Source of the DNA: Malacoraja senta
Taxonomy: Eukaryota
Length of the DNA: 64,000 nucleotides
Direction of reading: 5' to 3'
Assembly: GCA_038087875.1 (NCBI GenBank)
Contig: CM075990.1
Coordinates: forward strand, 9,798,001 to 9,862,000
Below the pieces are notes generated by a model that was not told the DNA's origin, ran no database searches, and saw only the letters and a program-made list of their open reading frames with translations. Of this stretch, positions 26,290-39,400 are shown one piece after another; within the stretch, counting starts at the first letter, position 1; each line of letters begins with the position of its first letter. The position numbers and the translations under genes were made by a program.

Positions 26290-26900
26290 TGACAGGCACA
26301 GGCACAGGCACAGCACACAAAATCATCCCCCCACAATGACCACCACTGTGGGGGAAGGCACAATGTCCAGTCCCCAACCCAGTTCTCCCAGAGTCAGGCC
26401 CATCGAGGCCGCCACAGTTGCCTCTACGGAGGCCCGATGTTCCTGGCCGTCGGGAGAGTCCTCGGAGCGGGTGGAACGGCCGGTTTCCCAGCGGAGTCGA
26501 TGGCACCTGAAGCCGACAGGGCCGCGCTGATTTGGAGCCACGAGGCTCCCGATGTTGGAGTCGGCGCCGCCACCCGCAGCTGGTCGCCCCGCAGCCCCGC
26601 AGCCCGGAGGTGTTGAAGTCGGCAGTCCAGCTCACCGGAGCTCCAGCGCGTCGATCCAGCGCGGCGACCCAGGCAAGGCATCGCCCGCTCCGCTCCCCGA
26701 TAGCGCTCCAGCGCTGTGCCGCCACCGAAGCTGAAGGTGCTGGGCGGTCCCCGTCAGGAAACTGCGCTCCATGCCCGCTGGTAGGCCACGAGGACGGGTC
26801 GACGAGGCAGCCTGGAGAAAAAGCTGCCTCACCGACCAGGTAGGGACCTAGAAATAGTTTCCCCCTTACCCCCCCACATTAAAAGTCAAAATACCCCAAA
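26290..26900 (-). mobile_element. GC/CpG-rich non-coding interspersed repeat (family also at 32430-33175, 42155-43005 and 55297-55595)
   Basis: Shares the ggactg...gccttcc..cacagtg motif and the aggc(g/a).ctttt block with the other copies. Confidence 0.6.
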
Positions 26901-28574
26901 CAAACAAAGTTTGCTTTGTAAAATCATCAATGTTGAGTACTTTTTAAATATATTTTCCCTTTGGGTTATGAATACTGTCAGAATAGTCTTGTGCAATAAA
27001 CTTATTTTTGCATGAATCAAATTCTTGAAAAGAATTAAAACGGCAATTCATAACGGGTCTCATCATCTTTCCCTAGATTCTTAACAATTTTATGCTGCGT
27101 ATTTTGCTGTGATTGATTTGTTGTCTTTGAATAACTTCTACCTGAATATCCTTTAATGGCTGCTGTGTAATTTCTTTGAGAGGTGTGGATTGATGGGTGT
27201 CAGGGACAAGTGCCTCCACTAATCATATGCTTAGGCTTTGTATGTTTGTTTCTGTGGCAACTGTGTGTGTTGTGCAGAAACTTAGTCATTTGGTATAAAG
27301 TTATGGCCAGTATATTCCATTGGGCAATACAATGATCCAGCCTGTCCAATGTTAGATTTTTATATACTAGAACATGCACTGTAAATATTTGGCTTATTAA
27401 ATATAAAGCACACATAAACTGAAGCTAAGAAGAACATTTGTATTGACTCAGGAAAAATTATTTCCCACTCTGATTTGCATTATTCTGCTTGGTAAAAATG
27501 TATTTAAACTATTGCCTTTTGTCATATTTGATTAATATAACAATGTACCAAGCAAAATTAAACATTATTGTCCTGTGTCTCCCTGTTCTAACACCCCTCA
27601 CAGCCATCACCTTGTAGCCTCCCACCTATTGCAAACATTCCCCTTTGTATTTGTCTTATGTTCCTGCCTTTCTCATCAAATGATAACAAAAAATCCTCCA
27701 TTTCCAATGAAAGGTCATTGATCTGAAGTATTAAGGCAGAGTTCTCTCACCCTGATCTGCTGTCTTATTATATTTCAAGCTCTATTTGTTTTTATTTTAA
27801 ATATCATGGGGCTGAATAACTGTGGACTTAATTACCTTGTTTCTATTCTCCATTTCTATACGGATGCAATGCTGGTGCCTTATCTCATTTATTCACCAAT
27901 TTCACCTTAAAAAAAGCACAATCAAATAAAATATCTAATATATAATGGTTGATAAAATTGAAAAGATGATTCAGTGACGTGAAAATGGGCTTTTTTTGCA
28001 AGCCATTTTAATTTTTGGAAAATATTAATATTTACCAGATTTAACTCATTTAAAATCTGACATTATTATATCATGTCTTGTTCCATTTGGTTTTTGACTG
28101 CTAATGAGATGGGTAAAAATCTAAGGCTGGTGACAGATAATCACTCATCAAGGATTTGTCCAGAGAGCTTATTTTTATTGTTCGACATATTAAGCTTATT
28201 CACCAAAATCATCAGTTAATTGTACTTTACAGTAATGTTATTGCAGCACCTGCTAAGGCTTTAAATGACAGTCAATCCACAGGGAGAAAACAAAGGTTAC
28301 GTTCAAAATCCTTCACAATTTTGGTTAGTGAAGATACAATTGAACTATAAGATTATAATTTCAGCTCATGATTGCTGGTAAGATTGGATAGATGGGGCTC
28401 CTTGTTAAGATTCTGGGCAAAGAAATGCAAATCGGCTAAGATTTCTGGGTGTTGCAGCTGGTTTGGTGAATGCTGAGTAAAGCTGTTTTGTAAAAATTAA
28501 GTGTTGACAATATATTTCATTATAATGGCCTTTGGACAATTAAATATCTTGAGGTTCACAATTGTCAACTTGGG

Positions 28575-29165
28575 TCTAGTCGAGTTTATTGTCATGCACA
28601 AACAAGTATGATGAGAGACGGGTACAATATAAAATCTTGCAGCATTACAGGCATGTAGACTCAGACAAGCACACAAAAACAAATTATACATAAATTATAC
28701 ATTACGCATACAATTTCTAAAAAATAAAGAAGACTATGCAAATAAAAAACAAGACATCAATGCAAAACTGTAATTAGAAAAAAATGTCTGCAGTAGTCAA
28801 GAGGTGGATCATAGTGCTTGATTGTAGAGATAGGATTAGGTCTGTTTAGATTGGTTAAGAACCTGATAGTTGTAGAAAGTTAGCTGCTTGTGAACCATGG
28901 TGGTGTCCTTCCTGCCCAGTGATAACAGTGAGTATAAGGTTTGATCTGAACGGTGGGAATCCTTGATGAAGGATGCCACTTTCTTCAGACAGTGTCTCAT
29001 ATCAATGCTTTCAATGAAAGGGAGGGCTATGTCCATGATGAATTGGGCTGAGTCCACCACTCTCTGCAGCCATCAGTGTCCCTTTGCATTGGAATTGTCA
29101 TATCAGGCCATGTTGCAATCAGCTAGGAACTTTCCGCAATACCTCTGCAGAAATTTGCAAGAGTA
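28575..29165 (-). mobile_element. Decayed Rex1-like 3' fragment
   Basis: Peptide remnant VDSAQFIM...CLKKVASFIKDSH and a tgacaataaa terminal motif. Confidence 0.7.
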
Positions 29166-32100
29166 CAGGTACTTATGTAAACTTGCACTTGCGTAAACAA
29201 TTTGCAACAAGTGTTTCAGTTACCTGAATGACGAGTGTTATCGCAACGGGAGGATGGTGAGGGCTTCCCGCAATCTTCAAAGATATAAATACATCGCTCG
29301 GGCTTGCTGCTCTTCCAGTTTCGGCCTCTACCAGTGCCACACAGGGACGCGGAACTAGAACGAGGGCCGTTTTCCCGGCCGAGTCACCGATATTTTCCAC
29401 AAGGTGCATCCGCAAGCCTTTTTTCACCAGTTGCCGCACCATCCAGTTGACACAGCTGTTGTTGCGGCTCACATTGTAACCCCTGGTTACTACAGTCCTC
29501 AATGCCCCACTTGAAATAATAATATGGAAGAAATCTATCTTACCAGTTAAACATAAATTGTGAAATGATTTTGTGTAATACATTGTACAAAAAGATCAAC
29601 TGGGGTACCTGAATTACCTTTGAATCGAGGGTAAGGAGAATCACACCGTCAATGTTTGTACTGCTAATTCTCATCCAGTTATCTCACCCGGAAGAAAATA
29701 ATGACCTTGGCTTTCCATAAGTACTCTGTTGTGTCTGCATTTAGTAAATTAAGTTCTTAGTGCACTGCAATTAGATTTCAAGCTGGGACATGGAGATGGA
29801 GCAATTGCTGGTGTTCCTGCATTTACTTGTAGATGACAGCAAATTGATCTCACAACAACATATGGAAATTTGCCCAGCCAGTTTGGGCAAAGCAGAATTC
29901 AAAAGCACAAGGTTACTGGAAATTTACTTCCTTGAGACACATTTATGAAGCACAATGCAAGTATACAATGTCACAACAAACAAAGCGCAGCTTACATTGG
30001 TACAGTATCTTTACTGTGCATAGAAAACTACAGTAATCTATGACTTGGTTTAAAAACAGCACTTGGATGTCTTGTTAAAAAATAAAATGTTGTTATTTTA
30101 TGGGTAAGAACTGTTAACATTACTTAGATAACAAAGCACCAACAATAGATATTAAAATCAGTAATTTTCTTTCGTATTTGTTGGAAAAATATGGAGCAGA
30201 ACAATGGAGTAATACATTATTGTTCATGTATTGCTCTGGGATGTTTCCTCTAGACATTCGCATGGGATCAGGGATAACTTGCTTCCATTCTGGCATTGAG
30301 AGTTCTGAGGTATGAATGAGACCAATGTAGGAATTGTTGACTCTTCTAAAGATTGGGCAAAAGATGGCTGATAGGACGGGCAAGTACCTGGGTTTGTGTG
30401 ATGGTGTGCAGTCTCTACGATCTGCACAGGACTTCTGTGTGTTCCTGATGCATGCTCTTGAGATTCTATAAACCATCTCGAGTGTCCCTTTTCCATTTAA
30501 AGCAGTCATGATTCAGAAGTTTCCAGGAACCAATGGAGATGTTGCATGCCTTCAAAGAATACTTGATAACTCTCTTAAATCTTTTTCTCTATCCTCCTAG
30601 TAATTTGCTCAGGATAGAACTATCTGTTTCAAAAGTCTGGTGTGTAGTATGCAAATTACATGGCCATCTCAACCTTGCTGACTGAAAGAAACAAGGGCCA
30701 AAATGATTAGAATGTTGGTTTGAAAGAGGACACTGAGGTTGGTTTATTTGCCCTTCCAGCAAATTTGGAGGATTATGTGAAGATAACAATGGTGGTATTT
30801 TTTTAGTGCCTTCTGCATGTTGTTCGGGTCTCACCAGCAGATAAGAGAGCAGTGAATATAGTTGCCCCCTCGGCCACGAGTTTTATGCCAAGTCGCAACA
30901 ACAGCTGGTGATCAAATGCCCTTTTCCTCAATTGACGAGAGACTCTGCTGAATCATTGAATGCTCTGGTGAATTGCATCATTGATCTTTGGGTATAGTGT
31001 ATACCTAAATGGCTGGAACAGATTGTGTTTTGCAAAGAAGCTGTATACTAGAATGTGTAAAGAATGTTATTTTTTACATGTTTGTATCTAAGTAAGGATT
31101 TTTTGCAGATGTTACAACCTCCATTCAGAAAAGAAGACAGAGAGGGGGAAAAGTATTAATATAACCATAGATAAATGGGAGTGTTTGAAAAAAAACCATT
31201 TTCATATATGCTATCTCTTAGGACATTCTGTATGATAGATTATATGAAAGATAATTATTGTTTCAATGTAAATGACTGCACAAAACTATCCTACAATTAT
31301 CAGTTGATTCTGATGATGTTTGAGGGAGAGATGTGGTTGAGATAGTAATCCCACACAAGTTATCTATTACTGATTATGTCTGACTGTTTTAAAAAGTTGT
31401 TCTTTCATCTTGAAGCAGACATATGGCTTGGATGCTGCTAAGAATTTTGTGCATTATTAAGCTTGAATATGTATGTTTGCAATAGCACTTCAAACCGAAA
31501 TTGGTAGTATAATTCAAGTTTAAGATATGAAATCTCAATATAACTTACTAATGAGAACTAGGTGATTTCATCTTAGCATTTGGTGCATCCTTAACAGAAA
31601 TTTTGGATTTCTTTTAGTGTTTGTTTCCAGCTTTGGGCTTTTCCTGTTTGTGAAAAATAATGAGAATTGTTTTACAAGTATTAACATTTTAATCAACCTT
31701 CAGGCAACAACATGGAGGGAAAACAGCAGAGCTACACTTTGTTTAAGTGGTACATTATGAGTAAAATCTTGTTTACTAACTGCACCCTTTTTGGTACCAT
31801 GTCTATATGTACCCACAGTATTAAAATTCATCTAAGCATTCCATTGCATGACCTGTGAGACTCTGTTATGTTACTGTATTTGATGACTACATGTTCTAGA
31901 GTCCTACTGCAGAAGATACTGGTGGTTTGGGGGGGGAAATGACATACCACTTGGCCTACTGTAAACTGGAGAGCACAATTTTTGACTTCATTAATTATTA
32001 ATAATTTATAACCTTTTTCAGAGTGTCATTGCAGCGGTCTATAGTTCATACTTCAGCAATTTGCTGCTCAGATCTCAAAAAACGTTGGTTTGCTGCTGTG

Positions 32101-32429
32101 TGCAATTTCACTGCAACTGTGCAGGATATTGGATTTTGAAATAGTTAAGCTGGAGAAAAAATTGCATTTTCTTTTTATGTTTCCAGCTCTTGACTGACAT
32201 TTTCAATGTTTTTTTAAAAACATTTTTTAGGCTGAGGAATAAGTAATTGTGTGACGGAAGCACAACTCTATTTGAATTATTTAAATGATCACCGGCTGTG
32301 TAAGCTTGTGATCATTTAAATTGTTAAATATACTGGCAGTCTAGTGATTCGAAGTGATTATGTTAATGAATCACAGACCTTTATGTTCATCTTCATTACA
32401 AAGAAAGTGCTATATCTGTTTTATAGAAA

Positions 32430-33175
32430 GTCTAAGTCAAAGTCAATTTTATTCGTCACATGCACCCGAAGGTGCAGTGAAATGAATTTGCCAGCAGTGA
32501 TACACTTAAAAAGTACACACAATACACAATAGAATTTAACACAAACATCCACCACTGCATTCTTCACTGTGGTGGAAGGCAACAAAGTTCAGTCAGTCCT
32601 CCTCCTTTGTTCATCTGTGGTCGGGGCCGTGAACCCTCCGTGGTCGCCGCACACTTGGAGTGCCCGAATCGGCACTTTCCTACCAAAGACCGTGGCTTCA
32701 GGATGTTATATGCCGCAGGCCGGCGGTCGGAGCTCTTCTCTGGTGATCCCCGGCAAGGGATCCCAGACTCCGGAAGGTTAGTCCACGCCGCGCCCGGGGC
32801 TACAAGCTCCGCAGACCACAGCCCCATGATGTCAAAGTCACCAGGCCAGCGATCGGAGCACTGCTTTCTGGCGACCCCTGGCCAGGGTTCGCCCGCTCCG
32901 CGATGGAAAAGTCCACGCTGCGCCAGCTGCTGATCTCCGAGCCCGACTCCGGGAAAGGCCTCTCCAATCCAAGCTGTTAGGCCGCGAGGGAGGCGACATG
33001 GAAAAAGTCGCCTCTCCGTTGAGGAGGCGACCGAAAGCGGTCCCCCCCCCCCCACTACTCCCCACACAAGACGCACCAAGAGACACCTAAACTAACATTT
33101 AGATGCACCAAAAAAAAAGTCAAATTAACGAACACACTGCTGGCAGGGCAGCCGACACGCAGCGCCCCCACCAAC
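32430..33175 (-). mobile_element. GC-rich non-autonomous retroelement with Rex1-type 3' end
   Basis: The - strand ends ttcactgcaccttcgggtgcatgtgacgaataaa plus (gactt)n. Collinear with 42155-43005. Confidence 0.7.
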
Positions 33176-34148
33176 CTAACAATGTTAGATTCCAAGAGCA
33201 ATACTGCTTTGGACATAACAGTATGTGTTGGCCTTGGAGGTCATACAGCACTGATTTATGAGAATAATCCTGGGCCTTAACGGTTCACTTATGAATGAAG
33301 GTGACTAATACGGCTTGTATTCTCATGAATTTAGAATGTTGAGAGGTGATCTAATACAGCTTTTTCATATAATGAAAGGATTTATTAGAATGGACATTGG
33401 TAAGTGTTTCCTCTTGTGGGGAGAAGCCAGAACAAGGAAACAAAGCCTTAACATTGAATCTGTTATTCTGAGGATGAGATTAGGAAGTTTGATTTCAGCA
33501 AGAGGTAGTACAAATTTGGAAATTCCCCACCTCCCCCTTGTATTAATTGGAACTTTCAAGAATGAAACTGCAAACTTTGTTAGGCAACTTCATCTTAGAA
33601 TTTGGAGTCAAGCCAGGTAAATGAAGATAGCTAGGAGGGAAAGAACAGAAAGTGTTGGAGTAACTCAGCGGGTCAATCAGCGCCTCTGGAGAATATGGAT
33701 AGGTGAATAGGTGACGCTTTGGGTCGGGAAGCTTCTTCAGACTGGGAGGGAAATTTGGAAATGATAAAACTCAATTTGTACAATTTATTTAGATGTACCA
33801 TACCTCTTGAGGCTGGAGCTAGAGGTTCATAGAGTGGGGGAATTGTTCCCTTATTTTCTTCCTGGTAATTGTTTTCAATTCTGTCCAGAATAATTTCAGA
33901 GCAAGAGTTAGATTGACAAGTCAGTTGTGAGAAACTGGAGTGAAGAGAACAAACAATGTGATGTTGTCTATGGATTGCATATGTAACTCAAGCATATCTA
34001 TCCTTGATCTGGAAAACAAAGGGCTACACTTTTTTAGTATAGCTGCAAAGATGGATAAAACATAAACAAATGGATTGTGTTCGAATCATTGACATTAGGG
34101 AGCAGATTGAGTGATCTTGTAACTCAATAAGACTGAATAAAGTGTTGT

Positions 34149-34437
34149 TTTTAGTTTAGAGATACAATGCGGAAGCAGGCCCTTCAGCCCATTGAGTCCG
34201 TTCTACCAGCGACTACCCCATACACAAACACGATCCTACACTAAGGACAATTTACAATTTTTACTGAAGCCAATTAACTAACAAACCTGTATGTCTTTGG
34301 AATGTGGGAGGAAACTGGAGCAATCGGAGAAAACCTATGCAGTCAGGGAAGAAGTACAAACAGCACACATAGTTAGGATCGAACCTGGGTCTCTGACGCT
34401 GTCAGACAGCAACTCTACTGCTGCACTACCATGCCGC
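34149..34437 (-). mobile_element. Full-length HE1/V-SINE (tRNA head, V domain, CR1-type tail)
   Basis: tRNA-like head with B box (ggttcgatcc on -), a V-SINE core and a (ctaaa)n tail. Confidence 0.8.
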
Positions 34438-34812
34438 TGTTCTAATCTGATTTGTGATAATCCAAAAAAAAGAATCCTGTTTAATTAGTTTTAACTCTGC
34501 TTTAGTTACTGTGTCCCGAGTGAAATATTGTGTGTTTATTTAACTTGAAAGGGGTAATTAAGATTTGTATTATCAGCCTAACTTTAAAAAGGTAAGATGG
34601 TTCCTGATTTTCAAATATGGTAGTTACAATATTACTTCAATTCCTTCAAATCATTAGATAACTTCCATACGATAATGATTGATTGTATCAAGAGCAGCTT
34701 TGATAGTGTTAGCTGTCAAATAGTTTGTTGTAGATTGGGAAATGTGTGTGGGAGAAGTCATTGAGCTAACAATGTAAGGAAACTGAACAGTCGTTACAAT
34801 GATGCAGTTGGT

Positions 34813-35000
34813 CTTCTTCTTTTCGTGTCCATCTTGTTACAAATGTTGGCCTCGCTGTCATCGTCCATCCTGAAAAGGACGCAAGCTTCCGGCGACAATC
34901 AGTGGAAGCCATCACTTGTCGCAATAGATGGTGGTAGCAGAATTAGCTCAGGATACTTCCAGTTTCCAGCCCCGTGACGTGGACGCTTCTGCTATGGCGC
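34813..35000 (-). mobile_element. 188-bp internally deleted non-autonomous Vingi-like element
   Basis: 12-bp TSD gatgcagttggt at 34801-34812 and 35001-35012. The tail acacgaaaagaagaag and the motif ggacgatgaca are shared with the Vingi fragment at 22750-23213. Confidence 0.8.
34936..35000 (-). ncRNA. HDV-like (CPEB3-like) self-cleaving ribozyme motif, slightly degenerate
   Basis: GCGCC AT AGCAGAA GCG TCCACGT CAC GGGGCT GG [P4] CTAA TTCTGCT: perfect 7-bp P2, L3, P1.1 and the J4/2 C. One mismatch each in P1 and P3. Confidence 0.75.
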
Positions 35001-35763
35001 GATGCAGTTGGTGCATTATGGACATTAATGACTATTGAGTTTTCTTGATCTGTCAAGTTCTGATTTTTATTGTCAATTTACAGGGTCATTATTGATCACA
35101 AAAATGTTTGCATTGACATTTTCTTTTGTATTTGTGCTGCCTTGATTTTTAAGTGTACCCTTTTTTCTGCAAAATTCATTTGGTGCTGCAAAGGTATCTA
35201 GCATTGCAACTATGGAATGGAATTCTTTATTGTCACATGTGGGCAAGGCACAGTGAAATTCTTTGCTTGCATACCCAATGTATACAAATAGCGGCCACAT
35301 ACGGCGCTGACAAAGTTACAAAGCACGCTGGCTCCTCCTTTTGTTCTCAACTAACAAGCACTCATAGGTTTATTATTCATAGTGTAACTGGTATGGTTAA
35401 ATATTAAGTAATGACCTCATCATGGTGTGATTTGTTATCTGTTGTCTAGTGTATGAGTCATTCATTTTTAAAGGTTTAATTGTTTATCGTGGAGGCTGAC
35501 GTCCTTGAAGGAAGTGCGACCAATACATTGTTTTTCATTTCATTGGATAAATGAAGTACTATTGTTCCTGTAAAAAAAATTCTGTGGTTTCTCGGTTTTC
35601 CTTGTATTTTTAATTGACGTGGCATACTTCACCATTAGGGAATGTATAAGGTATGACAAACCAGTTGTCTCATATTTGTGCAATCTGCTGAAGTTAAAGT
35701 AAATCTCATTTAACCAGTAAGCTCTGGAACAATCTAATTGTTTTTTTTCTCCTTTGTTTTCAG

Positions 35764-36598
35764 ATTTTTGTCCTATAAACTGCAGCTGATCTGAACAATT
35801 TAGCAGAAGAACGGACCACTGGGTAAGAGAGAGACTGGTCAGAGAGTACAGACATAGCCCACGTAAGCTTCAAATACTTGATTAATGATCCAGAAAAGGA
35901 TTAAGTAACTTTTGAGCTTCTGGCTGCTGCTTTAAAGCAGTGAATTCATAGCCATCGTATCAAGGAAGCTTAATCAAAGGCAGAACGCTGAACAAATAAG
36001 GAATACATGATGCAACAGTTAATGAAGTGCTCTGGCTGAACCTGACGTGTTTGCATCTTTCAGAGATCGCCGTGCTGTTTCACAGTATTTGAATAACTCT
36101 GTGCTGAACTCGGAAGTTCGGTATACTTCTATTGGGCTTTCAGTTATTGCTAAGTGATGGGAATCTTCATTTCTAGATTGTGAGTTAAAAATTACAGCTT
36201 GTGGTACTGTGAAAGCTGGGTCACTTTTCTGTGAGTCTAAAACACTGGAGCTGGATTAATGACTCAAATTAATTGCTTGTGGAATTATACAAACAATTTG
36301 GACAGCTTCAATGTGGGACTAATTTATCATGAGGCACTGTTTTAAAACTTATGTTGGAGCAAAAGGAAGAAATGTTTGATATTGGTTTTTGTCTACAGTA
36401 CTGTAATGGAATTTCGAGGAATGGGTGCTCAAGGTCTACCCCCTACTATGATGTTTAATGCACGTTCGTGGGACAACTTGAGTGATGTTAAATTTATACT
36501 TTGTAATCTGATGTGAGATGATCTGTCCCTTCGGTTAACAAAAACAGCAATTTTGCTGTAAAACACTAAGTATTAAAGTGTGAAAGTATTCAGCTAAG
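35764..36598 (+). other. USP54: Putative long 5' UTR portion of the first coding exon of USP54
   Basis: Strong polypyrimidine tract plus CAG acceptor (ttttttttctcctttgttttcag) ends at 35763. Repeat-free sequence runs to the ATG at 36599. An internal donor (G|GTAAGA at 35823) is an alternative. Confidence 0.5.
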
Positions 36599-36742
36599 AT
36601 GTCCTGGAGGAAGAATTATTTCACACCGAACAATAATCTGCAGGGGATGTTTATGCCCCGGAGCACAACTTCTATCGCGGCAAGTAAGGGACTAATGAAT
36701 GAACCTGGGCAGAACAGCTGCTTTCTCAACAGTGCATTACAA
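36599..36742 (+). CDS. USP54: Ubiquitin-specific peptidase 54, coding exon 1 (MSWRKNYF...[18 protein letters not shown])
   Basis: 48 codons matching the USP54 N-terminus with the Cys box. Donor CAA|GTAAGT at 36743, phase 0. Confidence 0.95.
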
Positions 36743-37779
36743 GTAAGTAGCTCTTCATGTCAATGTCAATATCTGATATTGCTCGATAGATACAATTTGA
36801 GAATTAGCTTTTTGGTTTAAATCTTAACAAATTGATGTGCCAACAATTTTTTTTAATCACCTTTGTAACGTTAGAAGCTAAAGGATAGCTCATCAAGCAC
36901 TTCACTATTTTGCCATTATTCTAATATATTGTTTTACTTCATTAATTAGAATATTTGTTCAGAGTCTTTGAGAAAGTTCTAATAGGAAAAAAATGCCAAT
37001 TACTACTCAGGCGTTACAATTCAAACTGCAGTTGTAAACTGCAGTCTTTACCTGTTAAATATTCTGGTTTAAGTTTTTGATTTGGATCATACTTTTAATT
37101 GAAATTAGCTTATCTAATGTTTACAAATGATACAGTATTCCTAGCAGCCTCAGTTTTGCTAGATTGAATGAGGGCAATTATTACTATGTTGTGACGACTT
37201 TTGATTTTTATGCGATCTCTAAACTTTTCTTCAAGTGGGTATGTCATGAACATGTTACTTCCTCGCAATCTGATTGAAACAAGGTACGCTCCAATTACAG
37301 GTGTTCTGGAGAGTGTATGTGCATGGGTGAAACACTTGGGCACATGTATTGCAAGTAGTGCACTCGTGTAACACCAGACTTGTGAATCTTCCATACCAAT
37401 TTAATAAAATTGGTGATGGTCAGATTGTTATTCTTCAAGAGTACAGATCAGTTAATGTAACATGCAAGATGAAAGAATTTGTATTTTACATGATGAGGTT
37501 CTAAATCTCCCTGGCCTACTTTCCATTTTAATGTTTCTGATTCAACTATTCAGCCACTGGAGTACACACAGTAGCATACTGGTCATGTTTTAGGACTAGT
37601 AATCATAGGCATGAACCAGTCATTCAGAGGTCTGGAGTAATGATTTTGGGACATGTCTTCCAAACCCCTTCATGATTGCTGGGTGATTTTAACTCAAAAA
37701 ATGTTTTTGTGAAGAATGACTTTTGTTGATTGAAAACCCACCTAATTCACTATTGAATCAGGTTACTCTTGCATCTTTC

Positions 37780-38930
37780 TTCTTTTACTCTCAAACCAAT
37801 AACATCTAGTTTTTGATTCCCCAACCATGGGACAAAAACTGTGTGTATTCACCCTGTATATGTCCATCTATACAAACACCCCACAGTCTCCTACGCTCCA
37901 AGAAATAAAGGTCTAGCCTGCCCAACCTTTCCCTAAGATTCAGTCCCTCGGGTTCTGGCAACATCCTCGTTTATCTTTTCTACACTCTGTTCATCTCAAT
38001 GGCATCTGTCCTATGGTGGCAGGGTGGCCAAAACTAAACATAATTCTCCAAGTGCGGCCTTATCAAAATCTTGTATAACTATAGCATAATGTTCCAACTT
38101 ATATACTCAATGTTCTTACTAATGAAGGCCAGTTGTCAAAAGCCTTCTTCACCGCTCGGTCGACTGTGTCACTACTAGCTGGAAACTATGCACATGCTCC
38201 TCGGTCTCATCGTTCTACAACACTCCCCAAGGCCCTACTATTCACTGTGAAAGTTCTACCCTGGTTTGACTTACCATAATACAACAGCTTGATGAATTAA
38301 ATGCAGTTTCCCAATCCTTGGGCCTCTTCCCCAGCTGATTGTGCGTTCACCCTCTCTAATCCCCTCATGATTTTATAAACCTGGATAAAATCACTCCTTA
38401 GCTCCCTGAACTCCAAGGAATAAAGTCCTCACCTGCCCAACCTCACCCTATAGCTCAGGTTCTCGGATCCTGACAACACCTTTGTAAATCTTCTGTGCAC
38501 TCTTTCCAGCTTAATGACATCTTTCCTGCAATAGGGTGACCAAAACTGAACACAGTACTCCAAGTATGGCTTCACCTCCATCTTTTAAAACTGTAACATA
38601 ACATACCAACTCCTATACTTGATACCATGACTGATGAAGGCCAGTGTACCAAAATCCTTATTAACCACCCTATCTACTTGCAATGCCACCTTCAGGGAAC
38701 CATGTACTAGATTCCTCAACACTCCCCCAGGACCCTACCATTTACTGTGAAGGTCCCTGTTTGGACTTCCCAAAATGCAACCCTTCACACTTACCTGCAT
38801 TGAACTCCATTAGCCATTCTTCAGCCCACTTGCCCGCCTGATCAAGATCCCATTCTAATTCGTGATACCACCAATTTTAGTGTCACATGCAAACTTACAA
38901 ATCATGTCTTGTACATTCTCATCTAAGTGA
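37780..38930 (-). mobile_element. Two decayed CR1 3' fragments
   Basis: Repeated remnants of the HLEYCVQFWSP region and 3' UTR. Confidence 0.7.
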
Positions 38931-39307
38931 TAGATGCATTTTGTGAAAGAAGAAGTCCAGGCAACAGAAGATGTGCTTTTGTGCTGTTTTCCTGAAGTAT
39001 CCAAGTATCCTCCCCTTTCTTAACTGGAATACTGTATAAGATCATTCATATTTACGAAGACCAGATGCAACCCTTGTGCAAATATTAGCATAGATTTAAC
39101 TGGCAGTGCAAACAGTCATCTTACATTTTGGCAAATCAATTGAGAATTCAGAGAAAGTAGTTCTGATGAAAGCAAGCAGACACCTCAAGCTATGCATTTG
39201 TTTTTAATTGAAACATGTTTTTGTTTTACAATATTTTACATTAATGAGAATAATATTTAAAATGTCATTGAATAACTTAAGTTATCTCCATAAATCCTCC
39301 TTCATAG

Positions 39308-39400
39308 GTTCTTTGGCATCTTGATATTTTTCGAAGGAGTTTCAGGCAGTTAACCACTCACAAATGTATGGGAGATTCCTGCATCTTCTGTGCTCTCAAG
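39308..39400 (+). CDS. USP54: USP54 coding exon 2 ([31 protein letters not shown])
   Basis: Acceptor ttcatag|, 93 nt in frame, donor AAG|GTAGGA. The peptide continues the USP53/54 domain. Confidence 0.96.

Noticed and set aside
26099..26843. GC-rich ORFs suggesting a gene or CpG-island promoter (also 32564-33079 and 42160-42851)
   Set aside because: They belong to a dispersed repeat family. Long ORFs arise from low stop-codon frequency.
34370..34437. tRNA gene
   Set aside because: It is the degenerate tRNA-derived head of a SINE, with no complete cloverleaf.
36743..36820. ORF-track extension of USP54 exon 1 (VSSSSCQC...)
   Set aside because: Read-through into the intron past the GTAAGT donor.
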